NCBI GenBank assembly: GCA_965205865.1
Contig: CBDBHR010000010.1
Coordinates: 1-64,000 of the forward strand
Direction: 5' to 3'
DNA length: 64,000 nucleotides
DNA from: a bacterium
Lineage (GTDB): Bacteria; SAR324; NAC60-12
Positions 29,203-39,410 of this stretch are shown in pieces. Both the position numbers and the translations under genes were made by a program. Position 1 is the stretch's first letter. The number at the start of each line of letters is the position of its first letter. The notes beneath the pieces were generated by a model. That model saw nothing but the letters and a program-made list of their open reading frames with translations, was not told the DNA's origin and did not search any database.

Positions 29203-30315
29203 TCATGATTGTTGTCGTGCTTGATTTTTTTTGATGCGTTGAATGATGTGTCGCACTGCATCAATCGATTCCAAAGGAGAAAGAGGCCGTCGCTGTTTTT
29301 TGAGTGCAAGACTTGGAATTCCTTCTTTTTTCGGCAAGGCGGACGGGGAGTCGTTTTGCTGAATCAATTGTTTCAGTCGTTCATAAATGGAAATTGGATC
29401 ATTGGCAGATTCGGCCATCAGAACTGAGGAAGTGCGGACCTGTTCCGGATTCATTCCTCGTTGCGCGATGAATCCGACCTTTTGAATGACAAATTGGATT
29501 TCAGGAAAAATGTGATAAATGCTGTCCAGCAATTTGCGGGAATGCATGGGGGTTTTCAGTAGAGCGTGCACTGCTGGATTGGAAACATAAATCATCAGGG
29601 TGGCGCCATAATAATTGGAACGCCGAACAAAAGCCGGTATGCAATGGCCCGCAAATTCCGGGCTGAGAAGCGTTTCCCAAACAGAGGCAAGCGCGCCAAT
29701 CCAAATTTGATCTTGATGTTTTTGTCCCAAATCTCCAACTTGACATTGAATCCGGTCGATTTGGAAATTGGCGAGGAGATGATTGATTTGTTTTAAATAC
29801 GAGGGCATTTCAAATTGAATCGCTTGGATGAAAGCTCCATCGTATACTACCAGATGGAGGATTGTTTCTCTGAGAGTGAAGTTGGCAGGAGCGAGTAGTA
29901 TTTTTTTTTCTTCAGGGGTGACCTTTCGCTTCAAGCGCTGACAAAGGAATTTGAAAAAATGGCTTGGCGTAAAATACGCATTTTCATGATTTTTTAAAAA
30001 TTCATGGAAACTGGGAGAGAGAGCAGATTCTTCTTTCAGAGTCTCTAAATACTTTGAAGTGATTTTTAAATCCCAAATTGCCGAGATACGTTGCGGATAG
30101 GCATGACGTGCTAGAAATTCATCGCTTTGCTCTAACCAATATCTTCGCAGTTTGATCAAATACAGCAGATTTTTTTGACCAGCAGCCATAAAAATATCGA
30201 CGATCGTGCCATCAAGAGTTGCTAAAATATCGGTCTGACGGTGGTAGTGAATCTTTTTTAAAAATTCACCGATTGCTTTTTGTGCTATTTGATTGTTTTG
30301 GATGTGACGACTCAT
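29203..30315 (-). CDS. Protein with two DciA/DUF721-like domains, the first carrying a ~62-aa insertion
   Basis: Pattern W...A.H..P...L.(I/L).V occurs twice (YWLEQSDEFLARHAYP...LHLVVYD...IDRIQCQVG; VWETLLSPEFAGHCIP...LMIYVSN). Start uncertain. Confidence 0.6.
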   Translation of the reverse strand: MSRHIQNNQIAQKAIGEFLKKIHYHRQTDILATLDGTIVDIFMAAGQKNLLYLIKLRRYWLEQSDEFLARHAYPQRISAIWDLKITSKYLETLKEESALSPSFHEFLKNHENAYFTPSHFFKFLCQRLKRKVTPEEKKILLAPANFTLRETILHLVVYDGAFIQAIQFEMPSYLKQINHLLANFQIDRIQCQVGDLGQKHQDQIWIGALASVWETLLSPEFAGHCIPAFVRRSNYYGATLMIYVSNPAVHALLKTPMHSRKLLDSIYHIFPEIQFVIQKVGFIAQRGMNPEQVRTSSVLMAESANDPISIYERLKQLIQQNDSPSALPKKEGIPSLALKKQRRPLSPLESIDAVRHIIQRIKKNQARQQS

Positions 30316-30405
30316 CTGTAAACCAGGGTCAATCGGAATGCGCAACAATAGCCTTACCATATGTGAGATGATAATTTTCTCCAACTATTTTGAAAGTTTC
30401 AAGGG

Positions 30406-30957
30406 ATGAATGAAGAAGATTTAACTCCAGGACTTTTGGTAGCAATGCCTGCTCTCAAAGATTCCTATTTTGAAAAAACTGTAATTTTGCTTTGCAATTA
30501 TACCGAAGAAAACGCTTTTGGTTTGGTTATCAACAATCCGTCATCGATTCGCATCAAGGATATAATTGCCACCGATTTGAAATTCAAAGATGATCTGACA
30601 GCTCCTTTGATGTTGGGGGGGCCGGTTCAGCAAGAGTCTCTATGGGCCATCCACTCACACGAATTCAGCTGCGATACCACCTCTGAAGTATCTCCTGCAA
30701 TCAGCATCAGCGCAATTCATGAGGTTTTGAGTGCGATCGCCCGCAAAGAAGGACCGGAAAAATATCTCTTAGGATGCGGGTATGCCGGATGGGCGCCCGG
30801 ACAGTTGGATCGAGAAATTGAAGATGGCGCCTGGTGGTTGACCCCCTTAGAGACAAAATATGTCTTGGAAATGCCTTTTGATGGACGTTGGGATGAAATC
30901 TTGAAGCAAATTGGCATCGATCCTCTCTCGAGTTTTTTTCATTCCGGAGAACTCTAA
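30406..30957 (+). CDS. yqgE: YqgE/AlgH-family protein
   Basis: LLVAMP, FGLVIN, GGPV, GYAGWAPGQLDREI. Confidence 0.93.
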   Translation: MNEEDLTPGLLVAMPALKDSYFEKTVILLCNYTEENAFGLVINNPSSIRIKDIIATDLKFKDDLTAPLMLGGPVQQESLWAIHSHEFSCDTTSEVSPAISISAIHEVLSAIARKEGPEKYLLGCGYAGWAPGQLDREIEDGAWWLTPLETKYVLEMPFDGRWDEILKQIGIDPLSSFFHSGEL

Positions 30958-31091
30958 TATCGATGACCTTGCTTGACCCCATTATTGCAACCATGGAACG
31001 TGTCGTCGTTTCTTTGTAAGAAATACAATTTTGCAAGGCTTACAAAAAAAGGTTTCGATTAACTCTTACAATCCATCAACGAATAACAATT

Positions 31092-31682
31092 ATGCAGTGG
31101 AAATTTGTTGACCGGATCACAGAAACAGATGGCATCACTCACATCAAGGGGAAGAAACGGTTTCCGCTCAATGAAGTATGGCATGAGGATCATTTCCCAG
31201 GAAGCGCCATTGTTCCCGGAGTTTTGCAGATTGAAGTGGTCGCCAATTTGGCAGGAAAACTGATTTTGTTGAGAAATCTAAAAGAATCAACGGAGTGGGT
31301 CGCTCCAATCCTATTGAAAACCGGAGAATGTCGCTTCAAAGACCTCATTCGTCCTGGAGAATTGATCAACGTGGAAGTGAGCATTGAAAAATACAATCGT
31401 CGGCTTGTTTGCTCCACAGGAACACTTTATGTGGACAACAAAGAACGGGCAAACATCTCCGTCACCTCCGCACGCATCCCCGTGGAGACCATCGGGGACC
31501 CTACAATCCTCATTCCTTGGAAAATCCGGGAAATTTTGGAAGTCTATCCGGATATGAGCGAGGAAATGCGAAACCGGTTGGAGCAGGAATTAGCCCAGAT
31601 TGAAGACACATTGAATTTCCCTGCGAAAATCAGCTTGCTGAAGCAGGAGGTGCCCACCGCATTCGATGAAATTAAGAAATGA
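31092..31682 (+). CDS. FabZ-like 3-hydroxyacyl-ACP dehydratase (hotdog fold) with C-terminal extension
   Basis: FVDRI, DHFPG..IVPGVLQIE, RFKDLIRPG. Confidence 0.8.
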   Translation: MQWKFVDRITETDGITHIKGKKRFPLNEVWHEDHFPGSAIVPGVLQIEVVANLAGKLILLRNLKESTEWVAPILLKTGECRFKDLIRPGELINVEVSIEKYNRRLVCSTGTLYVDNKERANISVTSARIPVETIGDPTILIPWKIREILEVYPDMSEEMRNRLEQELAQIEDTLNFPAKISLLKQEVPTAFDEIKK

Positions 31683-32988
31683 TCTTTCCGTAAATCAAAG
31701 ATTCCTCAAAATCATAATTTTTCCGTTTCTGCTGCGGCAATTGACTGGGGTTTGTTTCTTTGAAGCCATTTGCCGTAAATATATGGGAACTCTTTGTGGT
31801 GAGGGCAAATATCAGGGTTTGCTTGTCAAGCGCCGCCTGCTCTTGCGCAGCAACAATCAATTGTTTGCCAATACCTCGATTGCGGTATTCTTGTTTGACG
31901 GCGAGACTGGCAATCTCCATGGATTTGTTTTCTTCATAGAAAATCAACTCGCAACACCCAATTAAGCTTTCATCGATGCAAAAAACTAAAAAATTCTCAA
32001 TATGCTGTTCGAGATAAGTAGAACTTTTATGAACCAAGACGAGTTCGCTGACCGGTTTTACCAGGATCTGTTGGATGTGATGGATGTCAGGGAGCTTGGC
32101 AAAACGTATGTGTTCATAAGCGCTGTTGGTGAGCATAATCCCGGTTCCTGTAGAAGTGAGGATTTCTCCCAATATCGCGCCATCGATAGTGCTGTCCAGC
32201 CAATGACAGCGTTCCACACCTCGTTCACACGCTTCAATGAGAGCTTGCAACTGCAAACGGGGTTCACATGTCAAAAAGGTTGCCTGCCGGAGCCATTGCC
32301 GCATGGCTTCGGGTTTTGTTTCTCGAAGCGCATAAATTTCCTCAAAAGGGAAATTATCCCGGTGTTCCAGAATGATTAACTTACGTGCCCGCAAACGCGC
32401 AGCCACTTCCAAGGCGATCTGATTGGCTTCCAAAATCAGCAAGCGTCCATTTTCTCCAATTGCGAATGGTGCGATGATTGGAAGATAATGATGAGCGAAA
32501 GCCTCTTGCAAAGATTTAACATGAATGTCCTGCACTTTTCCAGTGCAGTGCGATGCGGAATCTTGAGAAAATGAGACTTTTTCTGCCCGCACGAAATGCC
32601 CGGAATATGGGAAAATATCGCGTCCATAACGGCTCAGTTTCGTAATCAGCTTCCAGTTGGTGCTGGCAATGGCTTGCTGGACAATGGGTAGGGATTCCAA
32701 GGGAACTCTAATCCGCCCTTCTACAATTTTCTCGTTATGTCCGTGAATTTGAAGGATCTCCCCGATCTGAGCATTGGCACCGTGCACAATGATGATCTTG
32801 ATGCCTATGCGATACAACAGGATCATATCATCCATAATACCGGACAAATTCTTCTGCCGGAGTGTGTTTCCACTGATTTTGACGACGAAAGTTTCGTTAT
32901 GAAATTCTTCTAAGTAGGGCAGAGCCCCTCGCAACCCATGAATGAAGTCTCTGAATTGTGACGCATCGGAGTCGGATTTTGCAGACAT
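31672..32988 (-). CDS. argA: Amino-acid N-acetyltransferase (N-acetylglutamate synthase)
   Basis: Amino-acid-kinase-like domain (IIVHGA, ACERGVERCH) plus GNAT domain (EIASLAV...RNRGIG, FALTT). Confidence 0.9.
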   Translation of the reverse strand: MSAKSDSDASQFRDFIHGLRGALPYLEEFHNETFVVKISGNTLRQKNLSGIMDDMILLYRIGIKIIIVHGANAQIGEILQIHGHNEKIVEGRIRVPLESLPIVQQAIASTNWKLITKLSRYGRDIFPYSGHFVRAEKVSFSQDSASHCTGKVQDIHVKSLQEAFAHHYLPIIAPFAIGENGRLLILEANQIALEVAARLRARKLIILEHRDNFPFEEIYALRETKPEAMRQWLRQATFLTCEPRLQLQALIEACERGVERCHWLDSTIDGAILGEILTSTGTGIMLTNSAYEHIRFAKLPDIHHIQQILVKPVSELVLVHKSSTYLEQHIENFLVFCIDESLIGCCELIFYEENKSMEIASLAVKQEYRNRGIGKQLIVAAQEQAALDKQTLIFALTTKSSHIFTANGFKETNPSQLPQQKRKNYDFEESLIYGKIIS

Positions 32989-33402
32989 GATTCATTTCAA
33001 GGATTGATGTGAATGTAAGAGTATACAGATTTTTGCGTCATTTCCATGTCCTGATATCCCAAGTTTTCAAGGATTTGCTGTGGGTGGGGTGTTACAAAAT
33101 GACACCCTGCAACCAACTCGTGGAAAATGGCGACAGAGGGCGTCATTCTTCGAGCAACCCGACAATTCGTAAAGTGTTTTGCTGCTATTATAGCAAACAT
33201 CGTATCTCTTTTCGAGAAGTTACAAAGTTAGTCTTTTGTTTGAGCTGGGTTTCCGGAAAACTTTTTATCAGAATTGAAATAATCTCACAAACCATGTATT
33301 TTTTATATTATCGAGTCATTTCCTGTAGACGGACTGGCTTGCTGTTATGCCTTTTTTTCAAGAAACGTCGTATTCCCAATATTGTTGACTGAACATCCAT
33401 CT

Positions 33403-34263
33403 ATGTTATCAAAATTCACAACCTATAAAATTTCAAGAAAATCATTGCATAAATTCAAAAAGCAAGGATTCAGCGAAGAGAGTCTCAACACCCTGGCTGC
33501 GCTTGAAGAAAAATATTTTCCTTCCATGGAACAATTCCTACTCTATTTGGAAAAGCTGCCCAACAACGTGGAAATCCTGGAACGGAAAAACATGATCCTC
33601 AAACACACACGCAGCTATTTCCGTATGGATGGATGGATCACCCACAAATCAATTCGTGAATGGGTAGAAGCCTTGATATTTGCGGTAGTGGTGGCCATGA
33701 TTGTCCGCACTTTTCTCTTTGCTCCCTTTCGTATTCCATCCGGATCGATGATCCCTACCATTCAAATTGGGGATCAAATCTTTGCCACGATGTTTAGTTA
33801 TGGGATTCCGATTCCATTTACCGATATCAAATTACTGCGCCAACCGATCCAACGGGGAGACATTTTGATCTTCCCCTCCCCGCCGAACCCTTCCATTGAT
33901 TTTATCAAGAGAACGATTGCTCTGGAAGGAGAAGTGATTGAAATCCGCAATGACGAAGTCTACATCAATGATAAATTGTTACCGGAACCCTATGCTTTTT
34001 TCGACCCTGACAGTCGATCCGCCTCCCGCTTGCGGAATGTGAGCAACTTCGGGCCAATTACCGTGCCCAAAGGGCATATTCTGGCAATGGGAGACAACCG
34101 CTATAACAGTCATGATGGGCGTTTTTGGGGTTTTGTGAATATTAAGAAGGTCAAAGGAAAAGGTCAGCTGGTTTATTGGTCCAAGGACCACCGTAAAGGT
34201 CTGTTAGGTTTTTTCGATTTACAATCCTATCGTGTGAATCGTATTTTACATTTCTTGGAGTGA
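33403..34263 (+). CDS. lepB: Signal peptidase I with an N-terminal ~63-aa extra module
   Basis: [12 protein letters not shown] (catalytic Ser), DFIKR (catalytic Lys), [15 protein letters not shown]. Confidence 0.95.
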   Translation: MLSKFTTYKISRKSLHKFKKQGFSEESLNTLAALEEKYFPSMEQFLLYLEKLPNNVEILERKNMILKHTRSYFRMDGWITHKSIREWVEALIFAVVVAMIVRTFLFAPFRIPSGSMIPTIQIGDQIFATMFSYGIPIPFTDIKLLRQPIQRGDILIFPSPPNPSIDFIKRTIALEGEVIEIRNDEVYINDKLLPEPYAFFDPDSRSASRLRNVSNFGPITVPKGHILAMGDNRYNSHDGRFWGFVNIKKVKGKGQLVYWSKDHRKGLLGFFDLQSYRVNRILHFLE

Positions 34264-34312
34264 ACTCCTTTGCCAAAGGCCTCAATTCGGTTGGTTCCAC
34301 ATCGATGAAATT

Positions 34313-35182
34313 ATGAAAAATATTGCGCGCAATGATCCTTGTCCCTGCGGGAGCGGGAAAAAATATAAAAAATGTCATCTCAAATTTGACCGCAAGAACC
34401 AACAGTGGGGCAAAAGCAACCGGTCTGGGATTATCGTCAAAAACCCGGAACAGGTGGTGGGGATTCGTCAAAGTTGTCAGCTGACCAGCAAAATTCTGGA
34501 TTTGCTGGAAGAGCAGATCCACCCGGGTATGACAACGAATGATATCAATGAGTGGGTTCATAATTACACCATTACGCATGGAGCTTATCCTGCACCCTTG
34601 AATTATCGTGGGTTTCCTAAAAGTGTTTGCACGTCACTCAACGATGTCATTTGTCATGGCATTCCCGACACAACCGTCATCCGTGATGGGGATATTTTAA
34701 ATGTAGATGTGACCTGTATCCTCAACGGTTATTATGGCGATTCGAATCGCATGTTTTGCATTGGGGAGGTGTCGGATGAGGCCAGCGCGTTGATTCGTAT
34801 TTCCAAAGAATGCCTGGAGTTGGGCATCGAGGAGGTCAAGCCCTTCAACACGATAGGGGATATCGGACATGTCATTCAACAGCATGCGGAACAGCATGGT
34901 TTTTCAGTGGTACGGGATTTTTGCGGACATGGCGTTGGCATCGAATTTCATGAAGATCCTCAAGTTCCCCACTATGGTGATCCTAAAAGCGGTCCCGTGT
35001 TGGTACCCAATATGGTTTTCACAATCGAGCCGATGATCAATATAGGGCGCTACGAAAGCCGGATTTTGGCGGACCGATGGACTGCGGTTACCCTCGATGG
35101 TTCCCTCTCCGCCCAATGGGAGCACACAGTCCTTGTCACGCAATCCGGTGTGGAGGTTCTAACGGCATCCTCATCGAATTGA
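34313..35182 (+). CDS. map: Methionine aminopeptidase with an N-terminal SEC-C motif
   Basis: [48 protein letters not shown]. Confidence 0.96.
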   Translation: MKNIARNDPCPCGSGKKYKKCHLKFDRKNQQWGKSNRSGIIVKNPEQVVGIRQSCQLTSKILDLLEEQIHPGMTTNDINEWVHNYTITHGAYPAPLNYRGFPKSVCTSLNDVICHGIPDTTVIRDGDILNVDVTCILNGYYGDSNRMFCIGEVSDEASALIRISKECLELGIEEVKPFNTIGDIGHVIQQHAEQHGFSVVRDFCGHGVGIEFHEDPQVPHYGDPKSGPVLVPNMVFTIEPMINIGRYESRILADRWTAVTLDGSLSAQWEHTVLVTQSGVEVLTASSSN

Positions 35183-35264
35183 GATTTTTCCATGCCCTTT
35201 GCTATTGGCAATTCTACTCTGCCGCTTAGACAAACTGCTACATCACCCTTGGTTAAAGCAATAA

Positions 35265-35675
35265 ATGAAACAGAAAATTGTAAGCTGCGTTCTCATTTTG
35301 ACCTTTTTATTAGTAGCATTCGTGCTTAACGTCGCAGAAAAATCTGCCAGTCTCATAACCATTTCGGCATTGGAATCGGCTGCATTGATTGAGAAGAACA
35401 AAAACAATCCCGATTTCATAATTTTGGATGTGCGCACTGCCGAAGAATACGACGCGGTCCGTCTTATTGATGCAGAGATGTTGGATTTCCATTCTGCAAC
35501 CTTTACCGACGCGTTGAAGGAGTTGGATAAGGAAAAAACCTATCTCATTTACTGCCGGAGCAGGGTCCGTAGTAAAAAAATTCTCAGACTGATGGAAGAA
35601 ATGGGGTTTGAAATGGGTTACCATATGTTGGGAGGAATTTTGGCATGGCAAGCAGAGAATTTTCCGACCATCTGA
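35265..35675 (+). CDS. Rhodanese-like domain protein
   Basis: ILDVRTAEEY, IYCRS..RS, LGGILAW. Confidence 0.85.
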   Translation: MKQKIVSCVLILTFLLVAFVLNVAEKSASLITISALESAALIEKNKNNPDFIILDVRTAEEYDAVRLIDAEMLDFHSATFTDALKELDKEKTYLIYCRSRVRSKKILRLMEEMGFEMGYHMLGGILAWQAENFPTI

Positions 35676-35713
35676 AAATTGACGAGAGCAGTTCTATTCT
35701 AAGACAAATGGAG

Positions 35714-36163
35714 CTAAGGTCGTTTGGAAGCAATTTTGATTTTGCGAATGATTGACTGATGCAAGACAAGCACGGGCGGTCCTTGCGGGCGTCCCCAAAT
35801 CCAGGTGGCCAGGATCAATCCACCAAAAATCGTGTAACCCATACTGAAGACCCAGGGTTCTGCCTGGTAGAAGACGGTTTTGTGCAGCCAATAGGCAACG
35901 AAACTCCCGGAATAGGAAATCTTATCTGCCATCCCGCGTAGCTCATGTTCCCAGATCGTCAAAGGGCAAATAATACCCATCCAACTCTGGATGACGACAA
36001 TGCCGATTGCCAGTAAATGCGCGAGCCTGAACCAGAAACTACGTACCCAACGCCATTGTCTCAGCAAGCCCATCACAATCAATATCAGTCCAAACACCAC
36101 AAATGCAATGAAGCTCGTGTGAAGAATCAAAACAAAATCAGCAAGCAAAGAGTATGGATTCAT
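35714..36163 (-). CDS. DUF2784-like membrane protein
   Basis: LADFVLILH, FRLAHL, CPLTIWE. Confidence 0.8.
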   Translation of the reverse strand: MNPYSLLADFVLILHTSFIAFVVFGLILIVMGLLRQWRWVRSFWFRLAHLLAIGIVVIQSWMGIICPLTIWEHELRGMADKISYSGSFVAYWLHKTVFYQAEPWVFSMGYTIFGGLILATWIWGRPQGPPVLVLHQSIIRKIKIASKRP

Positions 36164-36215
36164 CTTGATTGGTCACTGTTTGAAAAAAGAACACTTCCCC
36201 CACATTTTCTATGCT

Positions 36216-37364
36216 TCAGGGGACGATTTGGTAAATGTTTCCCATCAACCCCACCACATAGACTTCTCCAGCTTCATCTTCTCCGAAACTGGAAATATTG
36301 ATGTTTGTATTTATCAATAGACTCAGGTCCAGCAGGCGACCATTTATTTGGGTCAATCCCCAGATTTTGCCTGATCCAAAATCCCCGTAAAGGTAGTTGC
36401 CCTGCAAAGATGGGATCGCCATCCCACGGTAGACGAAACCGCCTGTGACCGAGTAGCCTTCGCTGTGGTCATATTCAACTAAGGGACGCTGCAACCCCCT
36501 CTGGGAGCAACCGAATGACGGTGCATAGCAATGATCGCCTTCCATGATATTCCATCCGTAGTTTTTCCCTTTTTCAATCAGATTGATCTCTTCATAACGA
36601 TTTTGTCCCACATCGCCCGCATAAAGTTCACCGGTCAAACGATCGAAGCTGAAACGCCAGGGATTTCGCAGCCCATAAGCCCAAATCTCAGGAAGGATAT
36701 TTTGAAGGCCCACGAAGGGATTATCTTTAGGGACGGCATAAGCGGTTTTACCGCTTTCACGGTTGATATCGATACGTAGAATGGCTCCATGCAGAGTTCT
36801 TAAATTCTGCCCATTGCCCAAAGGATCTCCGCCTGCGCCGCCATCTCCCATGCCAATGTACAAGTAGCCATCGGGACCGAAGGCAAGTTGACCTCCATTG
36901 TGATTGCTGTATGGCTGTTCAATCTCAAGAATGCGAACTTCACTGTCTGCCATCGCCTGGTTCGGATTTTGGGAAAGCGCACGAAATTTGGAAATGACGG
37001 TACGCCGGGGCAGTCCGACTGTATAATTGACAAAGAAAATGCCATTTTGCAAGTATTGTGGATGAAATGCCAGGGAAAGCAAGCCTTCCTCATTTCCCCA
37101 GCTGAGGACTCGTTTGCGGATATCCAAAAAAACATGGGAGACCGTCCGTCCTGTGGCGGGGTCTCGGTCAATGACCTGAATCCTCCCTTCCTGCTCCACC
37201 AAGAAGATCCGGCCGCTTCCATCCCAGGAGGCCGTTAGGTGAACAGGGCGATCTAACTCCACAGTTTGAAATACCTGCTTCAAACCCAGGGCCCATGGAC
37301 CAGGATAAAAGCTGCAAGAGATGGAGAACCCCACCAATATGATTCCCTGAACGATGATTTTCAT
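36216..37364 (-). CDS. PQQ-dependent sugar dehydrogenase (glucose/sorbosone family)
   Basis: NHNGGQLAFGPDGYLY, AYGLRNPWRFSFD, SFGED. Confidence 0.92.
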   Translation of the reverse strand: MKIIVQGIILVGFSISCSFYPGPWALGLKQVFQTVELDRPVHLTASWDGSGRIFLVEQEGRIQVIDRDPATGRTVSHVFLDIRKRVLSWGNEEGLLSLAFHPQYLQNGIFFVNYTVGLPRRTVISKFRALSQNPNQAMADSEVRILEIEQPYSNHNGGQLAFGPDGYLYIGMGDGGAGGDPLGNGQNLRTLHGAILRIDINRESGKTAYAVPKDNPFVGLQNILPEIWAYGLRNPWRFSFDRLTGELYAGDVGQNRYEEINLIEKGKNYGWNIMEGDHCYAPSFGCSQRGLQRPLVEYDHSEGYSVTGGFVYRGMAIPSLQGNYLYGDFGSGKIWGLTQINGRLLDLSLLINTNINISSFGEDEAGEVYVVGLMGNIYQIVP

Positions 37365-37664
37365 ACCACTTTCATTGCAAAGGTGACCAGGAATTTTCCT
37401 ATCATACCATTTCTCACTTCAAATACCATCAATTCCCAACCCTTTTCTCCATAAAAACAGCCTTGCCCACACAAAGCGGATTCTAATCTTCGCAATGTTT
37501 TTTCCCCTTAAGGCGAATCTATGGTGCCTTAACGAAAACCTCATCCTCTTCATTTTTTTCTGGAATCGACAAATCTTACACGATAATATCGATTGATCAC
37601 ATCATCACGGATCAAAAGTAAAAACCCGCGATAATCTCGTGAAGAAAAAGACAGAAAGTAAATA

Positions 37665-38039
37665 ATGCCACAAGCAGCAAAGGAGATTTGGGTTACAATA
37701 GGCAGCGCGGACGAAATCAATATCGACCAAATCAAGGCTGTTCAAGTTGGACCGGTACGAATCATTCTCGTACGAACAGAAACAGGTTATTTTGCCCTGG
37801 ACAGCCTCTGTCCTCACCAAGGAGTGCCTTTGAAAGACGGCACCGTCTGCAAGGGCGACAGAATTCGTTGTGTCTGGCATGGCTATTTGTTTGATCTGAA
37901 TACTGGTAAAGGACATGGCAATGAGTACGAAGTGGAGACCTTCCAAATTCGAGAAAGTTATGGCACCATTGAAGTATTGTTGCCAAAGCAAATGCGCAGG
38001 TGGGACTCTCTGTTAAGTGGTTGCAAAGCCCTTCTCTGA
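37665..38039 (+). CDS. Rieske 2Fe-2S ferredoxin
   Basis: CPH and CVWH ligand motifs, FDLNTG. Confidence 0.9.
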   Translation: MPQAAKEIWVTIGSADEINIDQIKAVQVGPVRIILVRTETGYFALDSLCPHQGVPLKDGTVCKGDRIRCVWHGYLFDLNTGKGHGNEYEVETFQIRESYGTIEVLLPKQMRRWDSLLSGCKALL

Positions 38040-38053
38040 ACGATATCGAGACT

Positions 38054-38653
38054 ATGAACTCGCAGAATCCGGACAGAACTCGCTGGAACAAAAAATATTC
38101 TCGGAAAGGGATGGAAAGCTGGGAATCTCGTCCTTCAGACTGGTTGCGAAGCCATCATTCTCTTTTGAATGCGCAAAGGCGAGGAGCAGCGTTGGATGTG
38201 GCCTGTGGCAATGGGCGCAATTCATTTTTTTTGGCTGCCATGGGCTTTGAAGTGGATGCTGCCGACATTTCGGATGTGGCAGTCGTTTGGTTGCAGCAGC
38301 AAGTTGCTCAAAAGGTTGTGTCCATCCAACCCATTCAGATGGATTTTGAAAACAATCTCCTTGCCAAGGAAAAATATCAAGTAATCCTTTGTTTCAATTA
38401 CCTGGAGCGTGGTCTTTTCCCTGTCCTGCAAGACGCATTGCAGGCTGGAGGACTTTTGTTTTTTGAGACTGCCTATCGTGACGACATCACCATCTTGGGT
38501 AGCAGCATGAATCCACGGTATGTGTTGGATTACAATGAATTGCTGCGGGAATTTTCGGATCTGCGTATTCTTGAATATCAAGAAAAAATCGTTTATGTTG
38601 CGGAGCTTACTAAAAAGAAAGCCTTGGCCAGTATAGTGGCTCGCAAAATTTAA
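38054..38653 (+). CDS. Class I SAM-dependent methyltransferase (TehB-like)
   Basis: [11 protein letters not shown] motif I, FNYLER. Confidence 0.85.
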   Translation: MNSQNPDRTRWNKKYSRKGMESWESRPSDWLRSHHSLLNAQRRGAALDVACGNGRNSFFLAAMGFEVDAADISDVAVVWLQQQVAQKVVSIQPIQMDFENNLLAKEKYQVILCFNYLERGLFPVLQDALQAGGLLFFETAYRDDITILGSSMNPRYVLDYNELLREFSDLRILEYQEKIVYVAELTKKKALASIVARKI

Positions 38654-38673
38654 TCGACTGCGAGGAGAGCGAA

Positions 38674-39405
38674 ATGCCATTCCCCCACCCATTGAGACGC
38701 GCCACAAGGCTTGGTTGGATTCTGATATTCGCTTTTACAGGCTTGTGGGGAAATCCATTATGGAGCCAGGAGTGGCAGTCTGCGCGTCAGGAGATGGTAC
38801 GGGTTCAACTCGAGAACCGGGGCATTCAGGATCCTGCTGTCCTACAAACCATGCGGGAAGTACCCCGACATTTATTTGTTCCGAAAGAACTCGAATTCGT
38901 GGCCTATTCAGACCGTCCTTTACCAATAGGTTCAGGACAGACGATCAGCCAACCCTATGTGGTGGCCTTGATGACAGAATTGCTCGATCTGCGCCCAGGG
39001 ATGAAAGTTTTGGAAATCGGCACGGGATCAGCGTATCAAGCAGCAGTCCTTGCGACCTTGAATATGGAAGTCTATTCAATTGAGATCATTCCGGAATTGG
39101 CCAGAGGAGCGATAGCTCGCTTACAAAGCCTGCAATTTCCGGTTTCCGTCAAAAATGCAGACGGTTATTACGGCTGGTCGGAGCATGCCCCTTTCGACCG
39201 TATCATCATCACCGCCGCCGCCAATCATGTACCCCGCCCCCTCCTCAACCAATTGAAACCGGGCGGAAAACTCGTGCTTCCCCTGGGACCGACCCTGTTT
39301 TATCAAACATTGACGATTGTCACTGTGGATGAAGACGGTCAAACCTCGGTTGAATATTCCATCGATGTCCGCTTTGTTCCCATGACTGGCAAAGTCCGGG
39401 AATGA
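38674..39405 (+). CDS. pcm: Protein-L-isoaspartate O-methyltransferase
   Basis: [36 protein letters not shown]. Confidence 0.93.
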   Translation: MPFPHPLRRATRLGWILIFAFTGLWGNPLWSQEWQSARQEMVRVQLENRGIQDPAVLQTMREVPRHLFVPKELEFVAYSDRPLPIGSGQTISQPYVVALMTELLDLRPGMKVLEIGTGSAYQAAVLATLNMEVYSIEIIPELARGAIARLQSLQFPVSVKNADGYYGWSEHAPFDRIIITAAANHVPRPLLNQLKPGGKLVLPLGPTLFYQTLTIVTVDEDGQTSVEYSIDVRFVPMTGKVRE

Positions 39406-39410
39406 GCCCC

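Noticed and set aside
31500-31682. Sixth copy of the novel module in the FabZ-like C-terminal extension
   Set aside because: Similar length and helical character, but the [YF]x[LI][TS] start and the L24/L27/F32 spacing do not fit.
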